Of a DNA stretch of 64,000 bases, positions 54,261 to 64,000 are shown one piece after another. Below the pieces are notes generated by a model. That model worked only from the letters and a program-made list of their open reading frames with translations, was not told the origin of the DNA and searched no databases. A program made the position numbers and the translations under genes. The stretch's first letter is position 1; every line of letters begins with the position of its first letter. Source of the stretch: Acidimicrobiales bacterium (GTDB lineage Bacteria > Actinomycetota > Acidimicrobiia > Acidimicrobiales > RAAP-2); contig DATATM010000010.1 in NCBI GenBank assembly GCA_036268775.1, positions 31,951 through 95,950 on the forward strand, written 5' to 3'.

Positions 54261-54380
54261 CCCCCCAGCCGGCCGAGACGAGCCGCGGGGCCGGGTAGCC
54301 TCACCATCCATGCTCGATCCCTGCCGCCGCCCGCGCATCGCAGGCCCCGCATCGCCTCGTCGTCACCGGAGCGCCGACCG

Positions 54381-55307
54381 GTGATCGCCGCCCTGGCCGG
54401 CGGAGTTGGTGCCGCCCGCATGCTCGGCGCCCTGATCGGGGTCATGCCGGCCAAGGAGATCACCGCTATCGTCAACACCGGGGATGACACCGTCCTCCAC
54501 GGCCTCCACATCTCCCCCGATCTGGACACGGTGATGTACACGTTGGCCGGAGCCATCAACCCGGAGACGGGTTGGGGGCTGGCCGGGGAGTCGTGGCAGG
54601 TGATGGAATCGCTCGAACGGCTCGGCGGGATCACCTGGTTCAACTTGGGTGACAAGGACATCGCCACCCACTGCTATCGCACCCAACGGCTGAGCGAAGG
54701 GGCCACCCTCGGCGAGGTCACCGCCGAACTGGGCGCCACCTGGGGGGTTGGGATCCGGATGCTGCCGGTGACCGACGACTACCTCCGGACCCGACTGCAG
54801 TTGGTCGACGGCCCGGAAGTGGCGTTTCAGGAGTACTTCGTCCGGCTCCACCACGATGTGGCGGTTTCGAGCGTACGTTTCGACGGGGCGCCCGGGGCCC
54901 GGCCGGGCCCCGGGGTGCTTGAGGCCCTGTCCGGGGCCGACCTCATCGTGGTCTGCCCGTCCAACCCGGTGGTCTCCATCGACCCGCTATTGGCCGTGCC
55001 CGGCATCCTCGATGCCCTCACCGCCCGGCGCGACGACATCGTCGGGGTGTCTCCCATCGTGGCCGGGGCGGCGTTGAAGGGCCCCGCCGACCGGTTGCTG
55101 GCCGAGCTCGGGTTCGAGCCATCGGTGGTGGGGGTGGCCAAGTGGTACGCGCCATGGGTCGGGACCCTGGTGATCGACGAGGCGGACGCCGAGTTGCGGA
55201 AGGCCGTGGAGGCAGAGGGGATGCGTTGCGTGGTAACCAACACAGTCATGTCGACGGTCGAACGGTCGGCCCGCCTCGCCCGGACGGTGCTCGATGCCCG
55301 GGCATGA
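54381..55307 (+). CDS. cofD: 2-phospho-L-lactate (or EPPG) transferase, F420 biosynthesis
   Basis: ORF 54381..55307. LAGGVGAAR, NTGDD and HISPDLDT motifs of CofD/FbiA. Confidence 0.92.
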   Translation: MIAALAGGVGAARMLGALIGVMPAKEITAIVNTGDDTVLHGLHISPDLDTVMYTLAGAINPETGWGLAGESWQVMESLERLGGITWFNLGDKDIATHCYRTQRLSEGATLGEVTAELGATWGVGIRMLPVTDDYLRTRLQLVDGPEVAFQEYFVRLHHDVAVSSVRFDGAPGARPGPGVLEALSGADLIVVCPSNPVVSIDPLLAVPGILDALTARRDDIVGVSPIVAGAALKGPADRLLAELGFEPSVVGVAKWYAPWVGTLVIDEADAELRKAVEAEGMRCVVTNTVMSTVERSARLARTVLDARA

Positions 55308-56064
55308 CCCCCATGGGACCCACTTGGGACCCGGAGCCCTGGCCGTCTTCCCGGTGACCGGGCTCCCCGAAGTCAAGCCGGGTGACGACCTGGCCGCCCT
55401 CCTGATGGAGGCGCTGACCCACATGGCCAGCCGCGACCACCCCACCCCGGTTCGTCTCACCGAAGGCGATGTCCTGGTCGTCACCCAGAAAGTGGTGTCG
55501 AAGGCGGAAGGCCGGCTGGTGGCCATCGACCCGGGTGACCCCGGCGCCAAACAGCGGCTGGTCGAACAGGAATCGGTCCGGGTGCTGCGACGCCGGGGCG
55601 ACCTGCTGATCACCGAGACCCAGCACGGATTCATCTGCGCCAACGCCGGGGTGGATCTCTCCAACGTCGACGAGGGCACCGCCGCGCTGTTGCCGGTCGA
55701 CCCCGATCTCTCCGCCCGGCGGATTCGTGAAGCCCTCGAACATCGCCATGGGGCGGCGGTGGGGGTGATCATCTCGGACACGTTCGGACGCACCTGGCGG
55801 CGGGGCGTCACCGATGTGGCCATCGGCATTGCCGGCATCGCCGGGGTCGTCGACCTGCGGGGAACCCCCGACGCCACCGGCCGGGTCCTGGAGGCCACCG
55901 AGGTGTGCGTGGCCGACGAACTGGCGTCCGCCGCCGAGCTGGTGATGGGCAAGGACCGCGGAATCGCCGCCGCGGTTATCCGGGGGGTTGATCCCCAATG
56001 GCTGCGGTTCGCCTCGGTGGCGGCAGAGATCATCCGGCCGCCGGACGAAGACCTCTTCCGCTGA
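55294..56064 (+). CDS. cofE: Coenzyme F420:L-glutamate ligase, stand-alone CofE domain
   Basis: ORF 55294..56064. VVTQKVVSKAEGR, ICANAGVDLSN and ISDTFGRTWRRG. Ends at about 256 aa with a convergent gene following, so there is no FbiB-type C-terminal domain. Confidence 0.9.
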   Translation: MPGHDPHGTHLGPGALAVFPVTGLPEVKPGDDLAALLMEALTHMASRDHPTPVRLTEGDVLVVTQKVVSKAEGRLVAIDPGDPGAKQRLVEQESVRVLRRRGDLLITETQHGFICANAGVDLSNVDEGTAALLPVDPDLSARRIREALEHRHGAAVGVIISDTFGRTWRRGVTDVAIGIAGIAGVVDLRGTPDATGRVLEATEVCVADELASAAELVMGKDRGIAAAVIRGVDPQWLRFASVAAEIIRPPDEDLFR

Positions 56065-56113
56065 TCGACTCGGTCCACCCCGATCGGGAAGACCCGGTCC
56101 CACCCCGCCGAAG

Positions 56114-56626
56114 CTAACGACCGGCGACGCCGTCGATGGCCTGGCGAAGGAGATCGGCGTGCCCGTTGTGACGCGAGTACTCGCCGATCATGTGCACGTA
56201 GGTCATCCGGAGGGAGAAGACCTCATCGCCCACGTCGAAGGTGTCGTCGAAGGCCATGGCGGCGACGGCCCAGTCGGCTTCCCGCCACTCCTCCTGCAGC
56301 CGTTGGACGTCGGTCTCGGCCTGCGCCGGGTCGGTGTCGTCGAAGTCGGAGTCTTTCCCGAGGGAGGGATCGAATAACGACCCGATCCCCTGGCCAGCGG
56401 CTCGCTGTCGGAACCAGATCCGTTCGACCTTGGCCAGGTGCCGGATCAGCCCCAGCAGCGAGAGATTCGATGACGGGAGAGGCCGCCGGGCCAGTTGCCC
56501 GCCGTTCAGCCCGGCACAGATGTTCAGCAAGGTCGCCCGCTGCCAAGCCAGGTAACCCTCCAACATCGGCCGGTCGTCGCCGGTCAGTGGCCCATCAACC
56601 GGGTCCGGGGTTGGCGCTCGCCACAT
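56114..56626 (-). CDS. DinB/DUF664 family protein
   Basis: ORF 56114..56626. LEGYLAWQRATL, LIRHLAKVERIWF and IGEYSRHNGHADLLRQ. Confidence 0.85.
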   Translation of the reverse strand: MWRAPTPDPVDGPLTGDDRPMLEGYLAWQRATLLNICAGLNGGQLARRPLPSSNLSLLGLIRHLAKVERIWFRQRAAGQGIGSLFDPSLGKDSDFDDTDPAQAETDVQRLQEEWREADWAVAAMAFDDTFDVGDEVFSLRMTYVHMIGEYSRHNGHADLLRQAIDGVAGR

Positions 56627-56685
56627 CTTGAAGAAATCCCCTCACCCGTCCCGCGGTACGGAGGAAGACCGCTTCCGTCGGTCGA

Positions 56686-57063
56686 TCAGCCCACGCCGAC
56701 CAGGTCGACCACGAAGACCAGGGTCTCGTTCGGACCGATGGCTCCCCCCGCCCCCCGTTCCCCGTAGCCGAGGTGAGGCGGGATGGTGAGTCGGCGGCGG
56801 CCGCCCACCTTCATCCCGGCCACTCCCTGATCCCAACCGGAGATGACGTGCCCGGCTCCCAGCGGGAACGAAAAGTGCTGGCCGCGATTCCAGGATGAAT
56901 CGAACTCGCTACCCGTCGACCAGGACACCCCGACGTAGTGCACCTTGACCGGCGAACCGGCTACCGCATCCGGGCCGTCGCCCACCTCGATGTCCTCCAC
57001 CAACAGTTCGGTGGGAGGTGCCCCGTCGGGGATGGTCACGGTGGGTTTGGTGTCGGATGCCAT
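56686..57063 (-). CDS. FKBP-type peptidyl-prolyl cis-trans isomerase
   Basis: ORF 56686..57414 trimmed to ATG 57063. VHYVG...FDSSWNRG...FPLGAGHVISGWDQGVAGMKVGGRR. Confidence 0.9.
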   Translation of the reverse strand: MASDTKPTVTIPDGAPPTELLVEDIEVGDGPDAVAGSPVKVHYVGVSWSTGSEFDSSWNRGQHFSFPLGAGHVISGWDQGVAGMKVGGRRRLTIPPHLGYGERGAGGAIGPNETLVFVVDLVGVG

Positions 57064-57107
57064 GGCTACGACTGTAGGTCCTCCGAGGTGCTGGTGACCA
57101 AGATCGG

Positions 57108-58682
57108 TCAGCGGCCGCGTCGGCCGCCGGCGCCGGCCACCTGCTTGCCGCCACCGTTCTGGCCGCCGTGATTGTGGGCGTGGGCGCCCCCACCGGCCTT
57201 GCCGCCACCGTTCTTGCCGTTCCCGGCGTAACCACGAGCCCCCGCCGGCTTGGATCCGGGCTTGCCGGGCTTGCTCCATCCGCCGGTGGCGCCGAGCTTC
57301 TTCTTGTGGCCGCCCGCGCTGCCGTTGCCGTTGCCGTTGGACGACCCTCCGTCGGAGCCGTAAACCCTCGGTCCCTTCCCCGGGCCGCGGCCGGCGGCCG
57401 GACGCTGCTTCCACGGCTTCCCGGTGCGGGTCGAGCTGTTCGACCTCCCCGACCGCTCGGAGCCGTACTGTCCGGACCCGTTGGCCGAGCCGTTGGACGA
57501 CGCCGTCTCCTTGAAGGTACGCCGCGGGGGCGGCTGGCCGATGACGTCGGCGATCTTGGACATGTCCGGATGATCCATTCCCGACGGCATGCCCAGGTCA
57601 CGCTGGATCCGCTTCACCGCCCCGGTCTTGTCGGGGGTGACGAAGCTGATCACGACTCCGGTGGCCCCGGCCCGGGCGGTGCGGCCCGAGCGGTGCACGT
57701 AATCCTTGGCGTCGGTCGGAGGGTCGAAGTGGACGACGGCGTTGACCCCGTCGACGTGGATTCCCCGGGCGGCGACATCGGTGGCGATCAACGCATCCAC
57801 CGAGCCCCGGACAAATGACTCGAGGGCCCGTTCCCGCTGCTTCTGGCTCCGGTCACCGTGGATGGCGGCGGCCCGGACCCCGCGCTGCTCGAGCTGGCGG
57901 GCGATTCGGTCGGTGCTGTGCTTGGTCCGGCAGAACACGATGGTCGGGCCCGAGGCGGCGGCAATCGATGCCGTCGTCTCGACCCGGTCGCCGGAGGAGA
58001 CCCGCCAGAACAGGTGCACGGCCTCGCTGGCATCTTCCTCGGCTTCGAGCTCGTGGCGGACCGGGTTCTTTTGATAGCGCTTCACCAGCACGTCGATGTC
58101 GCCGTCGAGGGTGGCCGAGAACAGCAGCGTCTGTCGGTTGCTCGGGGTCTGGTCGAGCAGCCGGCGGACATCGGGGAGGAATCCCATGTCGGCCATCCGG
58201 TCGGCTTCGTCGATGACCACGATCTCGACGGCGTCGAGGCGGATGCTTCCCCGCTCGATCAAGTCACCCAACCGGCCGGGACAGGCCACCGCGATATCCA
58301 CCCCGCGGGAGAGGGATTTGAGCTGAGGGCCGTAGCCGACGCCACCGTAGAAGGTCTCCACCCGCAGGTTCCGGGAGGAACACAGGGAGGCGAGCTCGGA
58401 AGCGACCTGGGCGCAGAGCTCCCGGGTGGGGGTGAGCACCAGCATCCGGGGATGCTTGGGCCGGGAGGGCTTCCCGGTGAGACGGGACACCGCCCCGATC
58501 CCGAAGGCGAGGGTCTTTCCCGATCCGGTCGGAGCCTTGCCGCAGACGTCGCGGCCGGCCATGGCGTCGACCACCGTGGCGGACTGAATGGGAAACGGGG
58601 TGATGATCGAACGCGCTTTGAGCGCGGCGACGATGTCTGAGGGCACGCCGAGATCGGCGAAGGAAGGTTGGGGCAGGGGCAT
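57108..58682 (-). CDS. DEAD-box RNA helicase with Gly/Asn/Lys-rich C-terminal tail
   Basis: ORF 57108..58682. Q-motif FPIQ, APTGSGKT, DEAD, SAT, HRSGRTARAG. Low-complexity tail of about 130 aa. Confidence 0.93.
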   Translation of the reverse strand: MPLPQPSFADLGVPSDIVAALKARSIITPFPIQSATVVDAMAGRDVCGKAPTGSGKTLAFGIGAVSRLTGKPSRPKHPRMLVLTPTRELCAQVASELASLCSSRNLRVETFYGGVGYGPQLKSLSRGVDIAVACPGRLGDLIERGSIRLDAVEIVVIDEADRMADMGFLPDVRRLLDQTPSNRQTLLFSATLDGDIDVLVKRYQKNPVRHELEAEEDASEAVHLFWRVSSGDRVETTASIAAASGPTIVFCRTKHSTDRIARQLEQRGVRAAAIHGDRSQKQRERALESFVRGSVDALIATDVAARGIHVDGVNAVVHFDPPTDAKDYVHRSGRTARAGATGVVISFVTPDKTGAVKRIQRDLGMPSGMDHPDMSKIADVIGQPPPRRTFKETASSNGSANGSGQYGSERSGRSNSSTRTGKPWKQRPAAGRGPGKGPRVYGSDGGSSNGNGNGSAGGHKKKLGATGGWSKPGKPGSKPAGARGYAGNGKNGGGKAGGGAHAHNHGGQNGGGKQVAGAGGRRGR

Positions 58683-58827
58683 GGAAGCGCTTTCGTTGCG
58701 ACAGTGGGGGACGGTGGGAAAAGGTCCCGACCGTGGCCTGTCGCGAAATTGATGCGCACCAGGACCCTGCCAGTGTAGTACGTGCGGCCTACCTCCGAGC
58801 GGCGAGGGCGGAATCAGCGCGGATCGG

Positions 58828-59274
58828 TTGGCGATGAGGCCCGGAAGTAGCGTGTCGGAGGTGGACCCGATCCTTCACCTGTCGATCCCGGTACGTGACC
58901 TCGACGAGGCACGAACCTTCTACCTGGAGACGCTGGGATGTCAACCGGGACGGCTCCATCCCGGCTGGTGTGACGTCTGGTTCTTCGGCCTGCAACTCAC
59001 CCTCCAGGAGCAACCGGATCAGGTGCTATCTGACCGGCAACGGGGCGTCCGCCACTTCGGCGTCACCCTCAGCGCGGAGGACCTCGACGGGCTTCTCGAG
59101 CGGGTGAACCGGCACGACGTCCGGTGGCTCGACCCGGTGTCCATCGACTACGCCGGCACCCCCCAGGAGCAGCGGAAGGCGAAGATCCTGGACCCGAGCG
59201 GGAACGCCGTCGAGATCAAGGCGTACGTGGACCCGACCGCCGCCTTCGCCGCCGCCGGCCGCCCGAACTCCTGA
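58828..59274 (+). CDS. VOC (glyoxalase/bleomycin-resistance) family protein
   Basis: ORF 58828..59274. HLSIPVRDLDEARTFY and HFGVTLS. Confidence 0.8.
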   Translation: MAMRPGSSVSEVDPILHLSIPVRDLDEARTFYLETLGCQPGRLHPGWCDVWFFGLQLTLQEQPDQVLSDRQRGVRHFGVTLSAEDLDGLLERVNRHDVRWLDPVSIDYAGTPQEQRKAKILDPSGNAVEIKAYVDPTAAFAAAGRPNS

Positions 59275-59301
59275 CGGTGGCCGGGACCGCAAGTTCAGGG
59301 C

Positions 59302-60264
59302 TCAGGTCCCGCGGCTGGCGATCTGCTCCCGGACGAAGTCGAGCACCGCGGCGGTGCCGGTGGCGAGCTGGGTCCAGGGCTTCCACCCGAGGTGGATCCC
59401 GGCCCGGCCGGGGTCGAGGCTGTTCCGGAGGAGCTCGCCGGTTCGCAGCGGCGCATGCTCGACCGGCACACTCAGGCCGGCCTGGGCGGTCAGGGCGCCG
59501 AAGAGGTCGTTGACCGAGGTCTCCTGGCCGGTGCCGATGTTGCACACCAGCCCTCCGCCCTTGGTCGCGCCCCGGACGAAGGCGTCCACCACATCGTCCA
59601 CGTAGACGAAATCGCGGGTCTGCTCCCCGTCGCCGAAGATGGTGATGGTCTGTCCCCGGAGCAGGCGCTCGGCGAAGATGGACACCACCCCCGCTTCGCC
59701 GTGGGGATCTTGCCGGGGCCCGTAGACATTGGCCAGGGCCAGGGCGGCGAATTCCAGGTTGTGCAGCTCCCGGTAGGCGACCAGGTAGTCGATGGCGGAC
59801 TTCTTCGACACCCCGTAGGGCGACAGCGGGCGGTGGGGAAGCGACTCCTTGATCGGGAGATCGGCCGGATCGGGGTCGCCGTAGAGCGTCCCGCCGCTGG
59901 CCGCGAACACCACCCGCTTGGCGCCGGAAGCCCGCGCCCCCTCGAGAATGCGGATGGTCCCGAGCAGGTTGACGTCGGCATCGAAGATCGGCTGTTCGAC
60001 CGAAAGCCGCACGTCGGCTTGAGCCGCCAGGTGGAACACCACCTCGGGATGCCGGCGCACCATCAGGTCGACGACTTCGGCCGAGCGGACGTCGAGGGTG
60101 TTGACGGTCAGGCGGTGGCCGGCCGTCGCCCGGGATTCGGCCAGATTGGCCAGCGAACCGGTCGACAGGTCGTCGACGACATCGACGGAGTGCCCTTCCG
60201 CCAGCAGCCGGTCGACCAGGGTGGAGCCGATGAATCCCGCACCTCCGGTGACCAGGGTGCGCAC
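59302..60264 (-). CDS. NAD-dependent sugar epimerase (UDP-glucose 4-epimerase-like)
   Basis: ORF 59302..60264. TGGAGFIGS and YGVSK. Confidence 0.88.
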   Translation of the reverse strand: MRTLVTGGAGFIGSTLVDRLLAEGHSVDVVDDLSTGSLANLAESRATAGHRLTVNTLDVRSAEVVDLMVRRHPEVVFHLAAQADVRLSVEQPIFDADVNLLGTIRILEGARASGAKRVVFAASGGTLYGDPDPADLPIKESLPHRPLSPYGVSKKSAIDYLVAYRELHNLEFAALALANVYGPRQDPHGEAGVVSIFAERLLRGQTITIFGDGEQTRDFVYVDDVVDAFVRGATKGGGLVCNIGTGQETSVNDLFGALTAQAGLSVPVEHAPLRTGELLRNSLDPGRAGIHLGWKPWTQLATGTAAVLDFVREQIASRGT

Positions 60265-60267
60265 CGC

Positions 60268-61359
60268 TTAGACCCCGGCCGGCACACGACCACCGTCGAC
60301 GACGGTGCCTGACGCAGTCACGACATTGGCGCCGATGACCGACAGCGGCTGGATGACGCATCGCTGACCGATGGTGGCATCGGGTCCGATGATCGATCCC
60401 TCCACCGAGGCGCTGGCGGCGATGCGGGCGCCGGGCAGCAAGACGGATCCGACCACCGAGGCCCCCTCTTCGATCACCGCCCCCCGGCCGATGACCGACT
60501 CGTCGATGGTTGCTCCCGCATCGATCTGGGCGCCTTCGCCGATGAGGGACCGGGTCACCGACTCGCTCCGCACCTCCACGGCTCCGATCCGCCACACCCC
60601 GACCCCCAGCGAGCCGTCCTCGACGGCATCCGGTGCCGGCGGGACACTGCGCCGACCGAGCAACAGGTCGGCGTGGGCCCGGAGGTAGGCGTCGGGGGTA
60701 CCGGTATCGATCCAGTACACCTCGGAGCCGAGGGCGTAGAGGGAGCCGTCCTCCACCAGTTGCGGGAAGGTCTCCCGCTCGATCGACACCCGGCGTCCCT
60801 CCGGGATCCGGGCCAGGACGGAGGCTTCGAGGACGTAGGTCCCGGCGTTGATCAGATTGGTGGGTATCTGGTCACGAGGCGGCTTCTCGATGAACGCCTC
60901 GACCTTCCCGGCGGCATCGGTGGGCACCACCCCGAACGCTGAGGGGTCGTCCACCGGGGTAAGGCTGATGGTGGCTTCCGATCCGTGCTCGCGGTGGAAG
61001 GCGATGAGCGCGGTGATGTCGAGGTCGGTGAGCACGTCGCCGTTGACCACCACGAAGGTGTCGTCGATGCCGACGTGGTCGGCGGCAAACCGGATAGCGC
61101 CGGCGGTGTCCAGCGGGGTCGGCTCCACCGCGTAGGAGATGCGGATGCCGGCCACGGTGCCGTCCGGGTAGGCGTTGATGAAGGCGTCGGGGCGGTAGCC
61201 GAGGGAGAGAACCGCGTCATCGATCCCGTGGCTGGCCAGGTGGCCGAGTACCCGTTCGATCATCGGATGCTCCACGACGGGCAGCATCTGCTTGGGGGAG
61301 GTCAACGTCAGGGGGCGGAGCCGGGTCCCCTCGCCGCCCACCAGGACGACGGCCCTCAC
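60268..61359 (-). CDS. manC: Mannose-1-phosphate guanylyltransferase (NTP-transferase plus left-handed beta-helix)
   Basis: ORF 60268..61359. VLVGGEGTRLRPLT, EKP, C-terminal hexapeptide-repeat region. Confidence 0.9.
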   Translation of the reverse strand: MRAVVLVGGEGTRLRPLTLTSPKQMLPVVEHPMIERVLGHLASHGIDDAVLSLGYRPDAFINAYPDGTVAGIRISYAVEPTPLDTAGAIRFAADHVGIDDTFVVVNGDVLTDLDITALIAFHREHGSEATISLTPVDDPSAFGVVPTDAAGKVEAFIEKPPRDQIPTNLINAGTYVLEASVLARIPEGRRVSIERETFPQLVEDGSLYALGSEVYWIDTGTPDAYLRAHADLLLGRRSVPPAPDAVEDGSLGVGVWRIGAVEVRSESVTRSLIGEGAQIDAGATIDESVIGRGAVIEEGASVVGSVLLPGARIAASASVEGSIIGPDATIGQRCVIQPLSVIGANVVTASGTVVDGGRVPAGV

Positions 61360-61381
61360 CTGCTGATTCCGCCAGAGCGTT

Positions 61382-62257
61382 TCACGGGGTTGGTGCCGCG
61401 GTCGTCGCCGTCGGGGCGGTGGTCGCCGTCGGGGCGGTGGTCGCCGTCGGGGTGGTGGTGGCGGTGGGTGCGGTGGTCGCCGTCGGTGCCGTGGTCGCCG
61501 TCGGGGCGGTGGTCGCCGTCGGTGCCGTGGTGGCGGTGGTCGGAGCGGTGGTGGCGGTGGTCGGCGCGGTGGTGGCGGTGGTCGCCCCCGACTGGACGGC
61601 GGTGATCAGGTTGGAGACGACGGTCCCCGGGGGCTTCGGCACCGAGGCGGTGGCGGGCACGAAGGCCATGGTGATCATCTGGCCGTCGCTGAACTTGAGC
61701 GAGGTCGGGTTCCCCTGGACCTCGGTGGACTTCTTGGCCAGGTAGTTGGTCCACTGCACCACATTCACGTAACCCTGCTTACCGGCATCGGGGGTGCCCT
61801 TCGGGCAGGTGGCGCCGTTGCTCATCACTTTCTTCCCCGGATAGCCGAGGGTGGAGGACGAGAGGGTAAGGCCCTTGTAGCCGGACACGAACTTGCCCAA
61901 GGTGGCGTTGCCGCCGGATTGCGAGCTGTTCTTGGGGCTGACGATGACCAGGCCACTGCCGTCGGCGGTCAACCCGTCGGTGGCCCCGTTGGTGCTGGCC
62001 GGGAGGTTCGCCTCGGTGGTGCCGCAGATGTCGATGGCCAGGGCGGCGTGCCAGGTCTGGGTGGTGGTGGGCGCCCCGGCCCCGGAGTTGACCTTGTGGG
62101 TCCGCTGGTAACGGCTGTAGCCGACGAGCAGCAGACCGACGACCACGATGATGACCAGGCTGGCGTACCAGTTGATCGGCATCTGGCCGCGGTAGGTTTT
62201 TCCGCCTCCGGTGGACGCAGCTCGCGCCACCCATTTTCCTGTCGAATTGCTGGGCAT
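61382..62257 (-). CDS. Membrane-anchored surface protein with C-terminal (T)TATTAP tandem repeats
   Basis: ORF 61382..62257. One TM segment (residues about 31-47), a globular region of about 170 aa, then 3 x TTATTAP and about 7 x TATTAP up to the stop codon. Confidence 0.8.
   Translation of the reverse strand: MPSNSTGKWVARAASTGGGKTYRGQMPINWYASLVIIVVVGLLLVGYSRYQRTHKVNSGAGAPTTTQTWHAALAIDICGTTEANLPASTNGATDGLTADGSGLVIVSPKNSSQSGGNATLGKFVSGYKGLTLSSSTLGYPGKKVMSNGATCPKGTPDAGKQGYVNVVQWTNYLAKKSTEVQGNPTSLKFSDGQMITMAFVPATASVPKPPGTVVSNLITAVQSGATTATTAPTTATTAPTTATTAPTATTAPTATTAPTATTAPTATTTPTATTAPTATTAPTATTAAPTP
61385..61585. repeat. 18/21-bp coding tandem repeats (Thr/Ala/Pro hexa- and heptapeptide units)
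   Basis: Repeated GGTGGTCGCCGTCGGGGC-type units are visible on the plus strand. They are in frame with the CDS on the minus strand. Confidence 0.9.
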
Positions 62258-62318
62258 GATCGGACGACACCCTACAACGTGCCGCCCTACCGCTCGGTCC
62301 GCCCCCCGGACGACCGGG

Positions 62319-63193
62319 TCAGGAGCTGACCAGCTTCCGGATCCCGGCCAGGACCCCCCGGACCCCGATCCCGACCACCACCAGCGGAAGCAGGGCCCGG
62401 CGCCATCCCGAGGTCGACCGGCCGGCGAACCGCCACAGCGAACGGTGATGCTCGACGATCATCCGGTACGGGTGACGGTCGGTGGAGACCCCCTGGTGAT
62501 GGGTGACGACGGCGGCCGGGGCGTAGACCACCTTCCAACCGGCTCTCCCCAGCCGCCAGCAGAGATCGACCTCCTCCAGGTACATGAAGTACTGCTCGTC
62601 GAAGCCCCCCACCTGCTCGAACGCCGAGCGGCGGACCAGAAAACAGGCGCCGGAGACCCAGTCGACCGGCCAGACGGTGTCGACCTCCAGGGCGAGACCG
62701 GCCCGTTGATAGGCGCGGGTGAAGGGGTTCTGGGGGACGAATTGCCCGAGCAGGGCATGCCCGGCGGCATCGATCATGGAGGGGAACTGCCGGGCCGACG
62801 GGTAGCGCTCCCCCGCCGAGGTCCGGATCATCGGGCCGACGACGGCCACGGTGGGATCGGACTCGAGGGCGTCGGCCATCGCCGCCAGCGCCCCGGGGGA
62901 GATGGACAGGTCGGGGTTGCACACCAGGACCAACTCGGATCGGGTGGCCGCCACCCCCCGGTTGGCCGCCGCCCCGTAGCCGAGGTTCTGCCCGGGGTCG
63001 AGGACGTCGACGTCGGGAACCTGGCGCTGGAGTTCGTCCACCGAGCCGTCGGTAGAGCCGTTGTCCACCACCACCAGCTCGGCCGGCCCTTCCTGCTCGA
63101 GGCTGGCGACGCAGCTGGCCAGGACCGAGCCCGACTCGTAATTCACCACCACGACGGCGACCCTTCCCCCGCCCCGGTCGGCGAGGCCCCCGG

Positions 63194-63197
<4 letters not shown>
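62319..63197 (-). CDS. Family 2 glycosyltransferase (WbbL rhamnosyltransferase-like)
   Basis: ORF 62319..63197. The GTG overlaps the upstream stop (GTGA). VVVVNYES, VDNGSTDGS, EEVDLCWR. Confidence 0.88.
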
Positions 63198-63952
<755 letters not shown>

Positions 63953-64000
63953 GACCGTGTCTTCCTTTCCATTGGGTGCTCCCCGCTCCTTCCGCGGTCG

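Noticed and set aside
57108-57500. Gly/Asn/Lys-rich repetitive coding region at the 3' end of the DEAD-box helicase gene as a separate feature.
   Set aside because: It is in frame and contiguous with the helicase core. Such basic Gly-rich tails are common RNA-binding extensions of DEAD-box proteins. The overlapping 242-aa ORF (56686-57414) is only the FKBP gene plus a shadow extension.
61385-61585. A regular short tandem repeat array that could be mistaken for a CRISPR or minisatellite.
   Set aside because: The units are contiguous 18/21-bp repeats without unique spacers. They lie in frame inside a CDS, encoding TATTAP units.

Overview
This is a 64-kb high-GC chromosomal segment. Hand counts of sample 60-nt lines give about 70% G+C over most of it. 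Gene content and order look typical of Actinomycetota: bioA-bioF-bioD, secA-prfB-ftsE-ftsX, hpf, pmi-trm112-manB, ftsH, a GT2-membrane fusion with DUF5719, cofD-cofE, and manC with a wbbL-like gene. Any finer lineage guess, such as Acidimicrobiia-like, is inference only. About 65 protein genes are supportable, mostly housekeeping or cell-envelope glycan synthesis. I saw no rRNA, tRNA, CRISPR array, transposase, integrase or recognisable defence or toxin module.

Two stretches look non-core:
- A lower-GC patch (about 50-60% by spot counts) at ~9.2-17.2 kb, full of small ligand-binding and membrane proteins and headed by a MarR gene.
- A lower-GC lipoprotein gene at 23.1-24.1 kb, bracketed by a 36-bp direct repeat that copies the 3' end of ftsX.

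The best non-coding signals are:
- A 528-nt ORF-free gap directly upstream of hpf/raiA, a candidate raiA-motif RNA.
- Two hairpins with C-rich loops plus a terminator after nt 46887, a candidate 6C sRNA.

Other points worth a look are an archaeal-type riboflavin synthase together with a stand-alone CofE, tandemly duplicated GT4 genes, and a Thr/Ala/Pro repeat surface protein embedded in a glycosylation operon. I could not identify a clearly new multi-gene system. The candidates are listed with their uncertainty.
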